A DNA stretch of 64,000 bases from contig JAJDCD010000025.1 of NCBI GenBank assembly GCA_029261035.1, positions 194,926 through 258,925 on the forward strand. The letters run 5' to 3'. A program made the translations under genes and the position numbers. The notes under the pieces are model-generated. The model was not told where the DNA came from. It was given only the letters and a program-made list of their open reading frames with translations, and searched no databases. Source of the DNA: Candidatus Omnitrophota bacterium (GTDB taxonomy: Bacteria > Omnitrophota > Omnitrophia > Omnitrophales > JACROU01). Numbering within the stretch: position 1 is the stretch's first letter; each line of letters opens with the position of its first letter. Of the stretch, positions 19,431 through 28,022 are shown in pieces.

Positions 19431-20690
19431 TTACTTCAAAAAAGAAGGGATTTTTTCTCCTCTAACTAAATCTTCTATGGTTTCCCTCTTACGAATCACT
19501 TCAAACTGATTCCCCTTCACCATAACCTCACACACACGAGGTCGGGTATTGTAATTACTTGCCATGGTAAAACCATAAGCTCCAGCACTCATAATAGCCA
19601 GTAAATCTTTATCTTGAAAATCAGGCACTCTTCGATCTTTTGCAAAGAAATCTCCTGTTTCACAGATAGGGCCAACAATATCCGACTTTATAGATTTCAG
19701 TTTTATATTCTTCATCACAGGCTTAACATCGTGGTAAGCTTCATACAAACTAGGTCTTATCAAGTCGTTCATTGCCCCATCCACAATAATAAAATTTTTA
19801 GCCTCTGTCTTTTTTGTATAAAGAACCTGTGTAACAAAAGCCCCTGCATTCCCTGCAATAAAACGTCCTGGTTCAAAAATAACCTTAAATTTCTTACTTT
19901 TAATCAAAGGTAAAATTTTAGAGGCGTATTCAGCCGCAGTTTGAGGCTTCTCATTATCATAAGTAATTCCAAGCCCACCCCCTAGATTTAAAAATTTTAT
20001 TTTTATCCCCTGGTTCTCTAAGTTCGTTACAAAAATCATTACTTTTCTAAAAGCGCGGACAAAAGGTTCTCCCGTTGTAATTTGAGATCCAATATGAACA
20101 TGGATACCACACATATTGACATAAGGATATCGATTCTTATCTAAGAATAGGGCTCGTGCCGTATCCATATCAATCCCAAACTTACTTTCTTTTTTTCCTG
20201 TTGTAATATAGTCATGCGTATTTGCAGATACGTCTGGATTTACACGAATTGAAATACTTGCTTTCTTTTTTAATTTAGTTGCGACACGATTAATAGCAAC
20301 AACCTCAGCAGCGGACTCCACATTAAAAAGTAAAATCCCTTTCTGAATCGCAAATTTAATTTCTTCATCCGTCTTCCCAACTCCCGCATAAACTATCTTA
20401 TTTGGCTTCACCCCTGCTTTTAATGCTCTGTACAGCTCTCCACCAGAAACAATATCAAGACCAGACCCTTTTTTAACTAACGCTGTAAGCACAGCTATAT
20501 TCGAGTTTGCTTTTGTCGAATAACAAATTAAAGGCTTAATGGATTTAAATGCTTTAGCCAACTCTGTGTAAGAGTCTGTAAAAGACTTATAACTATAAAC
20601 ATAAAAAGGAGTGCCTACTTTTTTTGCTATATCTTTAATAGCAACAGACTCACAATATAAATCATTTTTCTTATAATCAAAATTACGCAC
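19431..20690 (-). CDS. lysA: Diaminopimelate decarboxylase
   Basis: YSTKAN (PLP Lys), DIVSGGEL, HIGSQI, EPGR, GPICETGD, MASNYN. Confidence 0.97.
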   Translation of the reverse strand: MRNFDYKKNDLYCESVAIKDIAKKVGTPFYVYSYKSFTDSYTELAKAFKSIKPLICYSTKANSNIAVLTALVKKGSGLDIVSGGELYRALKAGVKPNKIVYAGVGKTDEEIKFAIQKGILLFNVESAAEVVAINRVATKLKKKASISIRVNPDVSANTHDYITTGKKESKFGIDMDTARALFLDKNRYPYVNMCGIHVHIGSQITTGEPFVRAFRKVMIFVTNLENQGIKIKFLNLGGGLGITYDNEKPQTAAEYASKILPLIKSKKFKVIFEPGRFIAGNAGAFVTQVLYTKKTEAKNFIIVDGAMNDLIRPSLYEAYHDVKPVMKNIKLKSIKSDIVGPICETGDFFAKDRRVPDFQDKDLLAIMSAGAYGFTMASNYNTRPRVCEVMVKGNQFEVIRKRETIEDLVRGEKIPSFLK

Positions 20691-20714
20691 TTGTTCTTAC
20701 CTTTCTCAAAAAAT

Positions 20715-22115
20715 CTATTTTAATTTATTCTTCCACTTAACTAATTGCTTCTTAACACTAGAAGGAGAAGTACTTCCATGCGTTTTCTTTTTCGTGATAG
20801 AAACCGTTGGATTATAAATTTTATACACACTTTTATCTACTTTACTACACAGCTTCTGATAAACATCCAGTGAAAGTTGGTCCAATTCAAAACCCTCTGA
20901 GATTGCATATTGAACAATCTCCCCAGAAATTCGATGAGCATCAGAAAAAGACAACCCTTTACCCACTAAATAATCCAGCAAATCAGTTGCATACAAAAAA
21001 CTATCCTCGGAACAGATCTGACAATTCAAATGGTTGACTTGAGTTGTTTTAATGGCTCCTTGTAAAACTTCCAGAGTTGCAAACGCCAAATGAAGCGCTG
21101 GAAACAAATCTTCCTTATCCTCTTGAAGATCTCGGTTATAACACAAAGGCAAACCTTTTTGATTCATCAACGCAGACACCAAATGGCCCACAGCTTTACC
21201 GCTTCGCCCTCGAGTCAATTCAAATAAATCAGGGTTCTTTTTTTGCGGCATCAAACTGGAACCCGTAGCATAAGCATCGTCCAAAGTAATAAAATCAAAT
21301 TCGGTTGAATTCCACAAAATCATATCTTCGGATAATCGAGAAAGATGAATATACATTTGCGAAACCCCAGACAACACTTCAATCACATAGTCTCGATCTG
21401 CGGTCGCATCAATGCTATTGTCTGAAACTTTTGAAAAACCTAATAACTTCTTCAAATTATCTCGAGACAAAGAGTAAGTCGCACCACCTAAAGCTCCACT
21501 CCCTAAAGGCAGAACATCGATTCGCTTCAAAGCATCCTGAAAACGTTCCTTATCTCGCTCAAGCATTTCAACATAGGCTAAAATCGCATGAGACATAGAA
21601 ACAACCTGCGCTCGTTGCAAGTGAGTATAACCGGGTATCGTTACCTTTTGATTCTTCTGTGCAAATTGCACAAGCACTTTTTGAAAGTGAGTCACAGACT
21701 TAATCAGCTCCGGTATCACCTTTTTCAAATAGAGTCGCAATGCTGTTGTCACTTGATCATTCCGACTTCGACCTGTTCGAAGCTTCTTGGCTACAGCCCC
21801 TGCTGATTTTTCCAACTCAACCTGAATCAAAGAATGCACATCTTCATGTTCGTAACACAAATCTAAAAACTCTTTCGGCGTTTTATCGATTTCATAATAC
21901 TTCATAAACCGTTTTTTGACAGAGGCTAGGCCTTTGAGCAATTTAGTCTTCTCTGCAGATTTCAAAATCTTAGCTTGGGCCAACACTTTTACCCACGCTT
22001 CATTCAGTTGAATATCTGCTTCAAAAAGCTCAAAATCGGTTGCTAAAGAATAAGAGAAAGCTTTTGCTTCTTCAGCTAATTCTGATTTAAATCTTCCGCC
22101 CCACATTTTTTTCAT
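20715..22115 (-). CDS. argH: Argininosuccinate lyase
   Basis: MKKMWGGRF start (ATG 22115, overlapping the argG end), GRSRNDQV, PGYTHLQRAQ, GSSLMPQKKNPD. Confidence 0.97.
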   Translation of the reverse strand: MKKMWGGRFKSELAEEAKAFSYSLATDFELFEADIQLNEAWVKVLAQAKILKSAEKTKLLKGLASVKKRFMKYYEIDKTPKEFLDLCYEHEDVHSLIQVELEKSAGAVAKKLRTGRSRNDQVTTALRLYLKKVIPELIKSVTHFQKVLVQFAQKNQKVTIPGYTHLQRAQVVSMSHAILAYVEMLERDKERFQDALKRIDVLPLGSGALGGATYSLSRDNLKKLLGFSKVSDNSIDATADRDYVIEVLSGVSQMYIHLSRLSEDMILWNSTEFDFITLDDAYATGSSLMPQKKNPDLFELTRGRSGKAVGHLVSALMNQKGLPLCYNRDLQEDKEDLFPALHLAFATLEVLQGAIKTTQVNHLNCQICSEDSFLYATDLLDYLVGKGLSFSDAHRISGEIVQYAISEGFELDQLSLDVYQKLCSKVDKSVYKIYNPTVSITKKKTHGSTSPSSVKKQLVKWKNKLK

Positions 22116-23277
22116 AAGGAAGTCCCCACAATTTAATAAAACCTTCTGCTGATTTATGATCAAACATATCTCCTTCAGAATATGTCGCTAACGCTTCAGA
22201 ATACAAAGCATAAGGAGATTTGCGTCCTGCAATAATCACATGTCCTTGATCTAACTTTAACTTCACAATTCCCGTCACTCGATCTTGGTGCTTTGAAACA
22301 AATGCATCAAAAGCTTCCTTCAAAGGAGTAAACCAAAAACCATCATAAACTAAGTCCGCATACTTCTCGGAAATAAGCTTTTTATAATGGAGGTGCGCTC
22401 GGTCAAATACCAACGCTTCTAACTCTTCATGAGCTGTCATTAATACCGTTCCTGCCGGAGATTCATAAATCTCTCGACTTTTGATCCCCACCACTCGGTT
22501 TTCAATTAAATCGAGCCGACCCACACCATACTTCCCCGCTAAGTCGTTTAGCTTTTCAATCATGGCAACAAGAGGCATCTTCTTGCCATTTAAAGAAACC
22601 GGAATGCCTTTCTTAAATTCCAAAGTCACAGTAGTAGATTTTTTAGGAACCTCAGACAAAGCTCGAGTCATCACGTAAGCATCTTTAGGAGGCTCTACCC
22701 AAGGATCTTCTAGAACACCTGCTTCAATCGCAATACCCCAAATATTTTTATCAATCGAATAAATACTTTTTTTTGTAATATCAATTGGTATTTTATTTTG
22801 CTTTGCATAATCAATCTCTTCTTCACGTGTTTTGAATTCCCACTCCCGTAAAGGAGCAATGATTTTCAATTTAGAATCCAAGCTTCGAATTCCCACTTCA
22901 AGCCGAACCTGGTCATTCCCTTTTCCAGTACAACCATGAGCTACATATTTTGCTTTTTCTTTTTGCGCAATCTGAACCAAATGCTTAGAAATCAAAGGTC
23001 GGCCTAAAGAAGTCGCTAACAAATACTTCCCTTCATACTTAGCATGTGCCTGTAATGCAGGAAGAATAAAATCTTCAGCAAATTCCTTCTTAAGATCTTT
23101 AATATAAACTTTTGAAGCCCCTGATGCTTTTGCCTTTTTTTCTAATGCTTTTTTATCAGGCACTTCCCCTATAAATGCAGAAAAGCAAATAACCTCCACA
23201 TTATATTTATCTTTTAACCACTTGATTGCACATGAAGTATCTAATCCACCTGAGTAAGCTAAAATTACTTTATCCAT
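22087..23277 (-). CDS. argG: Argininosuccinate synthase
   Basis: LAYSGGLDTS, HGCTGKGNDQVR, ENRVVGIKSRE. Confidence 0.98.
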   Translation of the reverse strand: MDKVILAYSGGLDTSCAIKWLKDKYNVEVICFSAFIGEVPDKKALEKKAKASGASKVYIKDLKKEFAEDFILPALQAHAKYEGKYLLATSLGRPLISKHLVQIAQKEKAKYVAHGCTGKGNDQVRLEVGIRSLDSKLKIIAPLREWEFKTREEEIDYAKQNKIPIDITKKSIYSIDKNIWGIAIEAGVLEDPWVEPPKDAYVMTRALSEVPKKSTTVTLEFKKGIPVSLNGKKMPLVAMIEKLNDLAGKYGVGRLDLIENRVVGIKSREIYESPAGTVLMTAHEELEALVFDRAHLHYKKLISEKYADLVYDGFWFTPLKEAFDAFVSKHQDRVTGIVKLKLDQGHVIIAGRKSPYALYSEALATYSEGDMFDHKSAEGFIKLWGLPYEKNVGRKI

Positions 23278-23295
23278 AACTCTTCCTTTCTCAAT

Positions 23296-23434
23296 TAGCG
23301 GGTAGCGTTTAGCGTAGAGCGGATAGGTTCCTTAATCAAAAGATTCTCTTACCAAACCACCCTCTCCTAAGTTCAAGAAATCTAAAAGCTTTTGGCAAAG
23401 GATCTATACGCTAAACGCTATGCGCTATACGCTA
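23296..23434. repeat. Inverted arrays of imperfect heptamers (TAGCGnn / nnCGCTA) in the argF-argG spacer
   Basis: TAGCGGG TAGCGTT TAGCGTA GAGCGGA TAG at 23296-23326 and CTA TACGCTA AACGCTA TGCGCTA TACGCTA at 23404-23434. Confidence 0.85.
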
Positions 23435-24346
23435 TTTCTTCAACAACCACAAAAGAATCGCTTTTTCTGCATGTAATCGATTCTCTGCTTGATCAAAAAC
23501 AATCGATTTGCTACTTTCCATAATCTCATCCGTTATTTCTTCATCCCGATGAGCCGGCAAACAATGCATAATAAAAGGAGGCTTTTTTGCTTTAGAGAGT
23601 AACTTCTTATTTAGTTGAAACCCTTTAAACTCCGAAAGCTTTTTCTTCTTCAGTTTTTCCTCACCCATACTCACCCAAACATCGGTATAAACAAAGTCTG
23701 CAAATTTAATAGCGCCTTCTGGAGTCGTTTTCTGCTGAATCAAAGCCCCCGATTTTTTAGCTAAAGCCATAATTTCTTTTAAATCCTTTGGATTTACTTG
23801 ATGCTTTTTTGGGCAAACAAAATGAAAATGGCCGCCAATTTTAGCAAATAAATAAAGCAACGACGTTAGTACATTATTTCCGTCACCCACATAAGCAACA
23901 ATAGCCTGTTTCTTTTTACTCTTTTCTATCACCGTTAAATAGTCTGCCAAAGCCTGACACGGATGAGACCAATCACTTAAACCATTAATCACAGGCACTT
24001 TCGAATAGTCCGAAAAATCCTCAATCGTTTTATGCTTAAATGTTCGAAGCACAATAGCATCCCAATATCGAGATAAAACTCGCGCCTCATCATGGAGAGC
24101 TTCTCGAGAACCCAGCTTAATATCGTGAGGACCTAAATACTGAGCTTCTCCACCCATCTGAGTCATAGCAACCTGAAAAGACACACGCGTCCGAGTCGAA
24201 GGCTTTTCAAAAACCAACCCCAAAGACTTTCCTTCTAAATGTCTAAGGTATTTCTTAGGGTGCTTCTTAACCTCAACCGCAATCCCAATAATATCCAAAA
24301 TATCCTTCTTAGATAAATCCTTAATCCCCAACAAATGCTTCATCAA
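23432..24346 (-). CDS. argF: Ornithine carbamoyltransferase
   Basis: STRTRVSF, HPCQALAD, YTDVWVSMG, HCLPAHR, QAENRLH. Confidence 0.98.
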   Translation of the reverse strand: MMKHLLGIKDLSKKDILDIIGIAVEVKKHPKKYLRHLEGKSLGLVFEKPSTRTRVSFQVAMTQMGGEAQYLGPHDIKLGSREALHDEARVLSRYWDAIVLRTFKHKTIEDFSDYSKVPVINGLSDWSHPCQALADYLTVIEKSKKKQAIVAYVGDGNNVLTSLLYLFAKIGGHFHFVCPKKHQVNPKDLKEIMALAKKSGALIQQKTTPEGAIKFADFVYTDVWVSMGEEKLKKKKLSEFKGFQLNKKLLSKAKKPPFIMHCLPAHRDEEITDEIMESSKSIVFDQAENRLHAEKAILLWLLKK

Positions 24347-24375
24347 ATCCCCTCTTCTCTACAGCTTCTATAACG

Positions 24376-24563
24376 ATCGTCACACATGTGACGATACTGC
24401 CAACTTCACAAAAGAAAGTTACTCGATGTAACTTTCTTTTGCCCCTCCACACACACCACCAAGCTTAGTAACTTAAAGGCCAGGGATCGTTCCCCGCCGC
24501 GAGTTCACAAAAATAGCTTCACAATTTTTGTGCTGTCTGAGCGCCGGGGAACGATCCCTGGTC
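24376..24563 (-). repeat. Three-hairpin structured repeat, copy 3 (argD-argF spacer)
   Basis: Hairpins 24376-24395, 24409-24441 (CTCGATG loop) and 24478-24563 with the same invariant core. Confidence 0.88.
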
Positions 24564-24582
24564 TCCAACCCACTCCTAAACC

Positions 24583-25803
24583 CTAAAACGCATGACACCA
24601 CTTACTAAGCGCATAATCCAACATATTCATAGCTGTATCAACCTGCTTCTTCGTCACCGTCATCGCAGGTAAAATCCTCAAAATATTTCCTTGAGTCACA
24701 TTAATAATCAACCCCTGCTTGAGACACTCATCCACAACAGGCTTTCCCGTAATAGACAATTCCATCCCTAACATCAAACCACGTCCGCGAATTTCTTTAA
24801 CAACAGGATAACGTCGTTGCAATTTTTCTAAATGAAGTTTTAAATAATCTCCCAACTCCTGAGTCTTTTCTAACAAACTCTCTTTCTTAATGGCCTCAAA
24901 TACGGCCAAGGAAGCTCTGGAAACCAAAGGATTTCCTCCATAAGTAGAACCATGAGATCCTGGAGTTAACACATTTTTCACTTTATTCGAAACAAGCGTA
25001 GCTCCAATAGGGACTCCCCCCCCTAACGATTTCGCCATGGTCATAATATCAGGCTTAACTTTCAAATGTTGAAAAGCAAACATCTTCCCTGTACGCCCCA
25101 TTCCTGTTTGAACCTCATCAAAAATTAATAAAATCTTTTTGTCATTACATAGCTTTCGCAAGTTTTTAACAAACTCCCCTGTAGCCACATGAATACCACC
25201 CTCACCTTGAATTGGTTCTAATAAAATTGCAGCTGTTTTAGAAGTAACTAACTTCTTCACAGAATCAAAGTCGTTAAAAGTTGCATATTTAAACCCCTGC
25301 ACTAATGGTTTAAAACCATCATGCATCACATCTTGTCCTGATGCGGACATCGCAGCATAAGAACGCCCATGAAAAGATTGCTTAAACGTAATGATTTCAG
25401 ATCGTTTTTTCTCAGCCCCAAATTTCTTAGCAAACTTAATAGCAACCTCAACCGCTTCAGCCCCCGAATTACTAAAAAACAATTTACCAGGAAAACTATG
25501 CTCCACAATCGTTTTAGCCAGTCGAGCTTGAGTCAGGTTTAAAAAGTTATTAGGAATATGAATCACCTTTTTGGATTGTTCTTTAATTGCAGAAACAACC
25601 GCAGGATGACAATGACCCAAACCACTAACAGCCCAGCCAGGGAAAAAGTCTAAATACTTCTTTCCCTCCAAGTCCCAAACCCAAGACCCCTTACCCTTCA
25701 CCAAGCAAACAGGTAACTGTGTATACGTTGGCAAAATATAATCAGAGTACATTTTTTGAACATCTTTTGTTTTCAATTTAAATTCCTCAATTAGAGTAGT
25801 CAT
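24583..25803 (-). CDS. argD: Acetylornithine aminotransferase
   Basis: Class III aminotransferase: NSGAEAVE, SFHGR, EPIQGEGG, DEVQTGMGRTG, AKSLGGG; arg operon context. Confidence 0.95.
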   Translation of the reverse strand: MTTLIEEFKLKTKDVQKMYSDYILPTYTQLPVCLVKGKGSWVWDLEGKKYLDFFPGWAVSGLGHCHPAVVSAIKEQSKKVIHIPNNFLNLTQARLAKTIVEHSFPGKLFFSNSGAEAVEVAIKFAKKFGAEKKRSEIITFKQSFHGRSYAAMSASGQDVMHDGFKPLVQGFKYATFNDFDSVKKLVTSKTAAILLEPIQGEGGIHVATGEFVKNLRKLCNDKKILLIFDEVQTGMGRTGKMFAFQHLKVKPDIMTMAKSLGGGVPIGATLVSNKVKNVLTPGSHGSTYGGNPLVSRASLAVFEAIKKESLLEKTQELGDYLKLHLEKLQRRYPVVKEIRGRGLMLGMELSITGKPVVDECLKQGLIINVTQGNILRILPAMTVTKKQVDTAMNMLDYALSKWCHAF

Positions 25804-25807
25804 AAAA

Positions 25808-26662
25808 TTAGATAATTATCTCTGTTCCAATTCCTTTATCTGTAAAAACTTCCAGCAAAAGAGAATGCTTGATCCGCCCATCAATGATATGAGCTTTCTT
25901 AACACCTCCTTGAAGTGCTGTAATAGCTGAGTTCACTTTTGGAATCATTCCAGCAGTAATCACTTTATTCTCGATTAAACCTTCAACCTCATCTACATGC
26001 AAAGAAGAAATTAAAGAGTTTTCATCTTCTGCATTTCTCATAATCCCGTGAACATTCGTTAAGATCAGTATTTTCTGCACATTCATTGCAACAGCAATTT
26101 TAGCCGCCGCCTCATCTGCATTCACGTTATAAGTCTCACCTTTCGAATCAATACCCAAGGGATAGATAGCAGGGATAATATTAAATTCTGTCAACTCTTT
26201 AACAGGCATAATATTCACAGACTCTACATCCCCAACAAAACCAACATCTCCATTTGCTTGATGCTTTGTTACATTCAAAATTTCATTATCATGTCCACTC
26301 AAGCCAATAGCACGCGCACCTAATTGATTAATATCATGCACAATGCTTTTATTCAGCTCGGCAAGCGTTTGATTAACCACATCAATAGTTTCCTGATCCG
26401 TCACGCGTAAACCATTAACAAACTTAGTTTGAATCCCTTTTCGCTTTAGGTTCTCTGTAATCGCAGGCCCCCCACCATGAATCAAAATAGGCTTAATTCC
26501 TACATAATTCATAAATACTAAATCTTCAATCACATTGTGGCGTATTTCAGGATTATCCATTGCGGCACCACCGTACTTAATCAAAACTTCTTTCCCTCGA
26601 AATTTTTTAATGTAAGGCAACGCTTCAATTAAAATATTAGCTTTCTCTACCAATGTTTCCAT
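25808..26662 (-). CDS. argB: Acetylglutamate kinase
   Basis: EALPYI, IKYGGAAM, IHGGGP, GLRVTD, NVNADEAA, GMIPKV. Confidence 0.97.
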   Translation of the reverse strand: METLVEKANILIEALPYIKKFRGKEVLIKYGGAAMDNPEIRHNVIEDLVFMNYVGIKPILIHGGGPAITENLKRKGIQTKFVNGLRVTDQETIDVVNQTLAELNKSIVHDINQLGARAIGLSGHDNEILNVTKHQANGDVGFVGDVESVNIMPVKELTEFNIIPAIYPLGIDSKGETYNVNADEAAAKIAVAMNVQKILILTNVHGIMRNAEDENSLISSLHVDEVEGLIENKVITAGMIPKVNSAITALQGGVKKAHIIDGRIKHSLLLEVFTDKGIGTEIII

Positions 26663-26687
26663 TACCTTCTCCTACCATATTTAATTC

Positions 26688-26809
26688 AAAAATTTAAAGT
26701 AAAAAGTCTAAACCATAATTAAAAATCCAAAATTTCTTCTTATATCAAAAGATGTTCTTTTTAAATTTTGATTTATGGTTTTTAGCCTTTACTTTTAAAT
26801 TTTTACTTT
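26688..26809. repeat. AT-rich, roughly 7-periodic imperfect inverted repeat in the argJ-argB spacer
   Basis: AAAAATTTAAAGTAAAAAGTCTAAACCATAATTAAAAAT is approximately the reverse complement of ATTTTGATTTATGGTTTTTAGCCTTTACTTTTAAATTTTT. Confidence 0.7.
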
Positions 26810-28021
26810 CTAAGTCGTGTATGCTGAGTTAATACGAACGTATTTACTCGTCAAATCAGAAGTTAAAAAAGAAACCTTTGCATTCCCCTGATTTAAAACA
26901 ATTCGCAATTGAAAATGTTTTTTCTTCAATGTTTTTCTCACCAAAGAAAGATGCTTATCAATCCCTTTACCTAGAGAGAAAATAAGATTCTTATCAAAAT
27001 AAATCTCTAGCTTGTCCCAATGAATGTTTTGTTTTGTTGCACCCAAGGCTCCAATCACACGCCCCCAATTGGGGTCCGCCCCCGTCAACATCGTCTTCAC
27101 CAACATCGAATTGGCTACTTGCCGTGCAAAAATTTCAGCACCCTTCTCTGTAGCTGCTTTCTCGACAACAACATCACAAACGCGAGTTACGCCCTCACCA
27201 TCTTCCACAAGTTTTAAAGAAACCTCTTTACAAAACTCTATAAGAATTTCAACAAACTTTAAATACTCCGGACCTTTATTTTGAATTGTCTTATTTTTAG
27301 CTAAACCATTCGACAAAATAAAAACCGTATCATTTGTACTCATATCATTATCAATGGCTATTCGATTAAAAGTTTTTGAAACAGCCTCTTTCAACGCTGA
27401 CTGCAACAGCGTTTTCTTAATACTTAAATCTGTTGTTATAAAACAAAGCATGGTTGCCATATTGGGATGCACCATACCCGCACCTTTAGCAATTGCGCCC
27501 AAACGCACTTTTTTTCCATTGAAGAGAAATTCAATAGAAAGCTCTTTCGTTAGCTTATCTGTAGTCAGTATCCCCAAAGCCGCATCTTGATCCCCAGCAC
27601 GAGATAGTTGATTTACCAACTTAGGAATTCCTCGTTGAAATTTAGGCCAAGGAAAAGTCCTCCCAATAACTCCTGTAGAACAAACTAATATTTCTTTTTC
27701 CTTGATCTTCAACTGCGAAGCTAGTTTTTTTACAGACTCTTTAACCGTCTTCTGACCTATAGCGCCATTAAAACAATTAGCATTTCCACTATTACAAAGA
27801 ATAGCCTTATGCGTCTTCCCTTTAATTGCTTTCATAGAATAAAGAACAGGCCATGCCTTTGCTTTGTTGGTTGTGAAAACAGCAGCAGAAACACAAGGCG
27901 TCTCTGAATAAATCAAAGAAGCATCCATTTTGCGTTTCTTTATTCCACAATGAATTCCAGAAGCCAAAAATCCTTTCGCAACCGAAACACTCCCTTTACT
28001 ACGCCAGTCAAATTTTGCCAT
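26810..28021 (-). CDS. argJ: Glutamate N-acetyltransferase / ornithine acetyltransferase
   Basis: NSGNANC, STGVIG, AKGAGMVHPNMATML autocleavage motif, STNDT, DGEG, DPNWGR. Confidence 0.97.
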   Translation of the reverse strand: MAKFDWRSKGSVSVAKGFLASGIHCGIKKRKMDASLIYSETPCVSAAVFTTNKAKAWPVLYSMKAIKGKTHKAILCNSGNANCFNGAIGQKTVKESVKKLASQLKIKEKEILVCSTGVIGRTFPWPKFQRGIPKLVNQLSRAGDQDAALGILTTDKLTKELSIEFLFNGKKVRLGAIAKGAGMVHPNMATMLCFITTDLSIKKTLLQSALKEAVSKTFNRIAIDNDMSTNDTVFILSNGLAKNKTIQNKGPEYLKFVEILIEFCKEVSLKLVEDGEGVTRVCDVVVEKAATEKGAEIFARQVANSMLVKTMLTGADPNWGRVIGALGATKQNIHWDKLEIYFDKNLIFSLGKGIDKHLSLVRKTLKKKHFQLRIVLNQGNAKVSFLTSDLTSKYVRINSAYTT

Positions 28022-28022
28022 T

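Noticed and set aside
24489-24553. GTTCCCCGC...GGGGAAC resembles the type I-E CRISPR repeat
   Set aside because: Copies are kilobases apart, there is no repeat-spacer periodicity and no cas gene; it is part of the three-hairpin element
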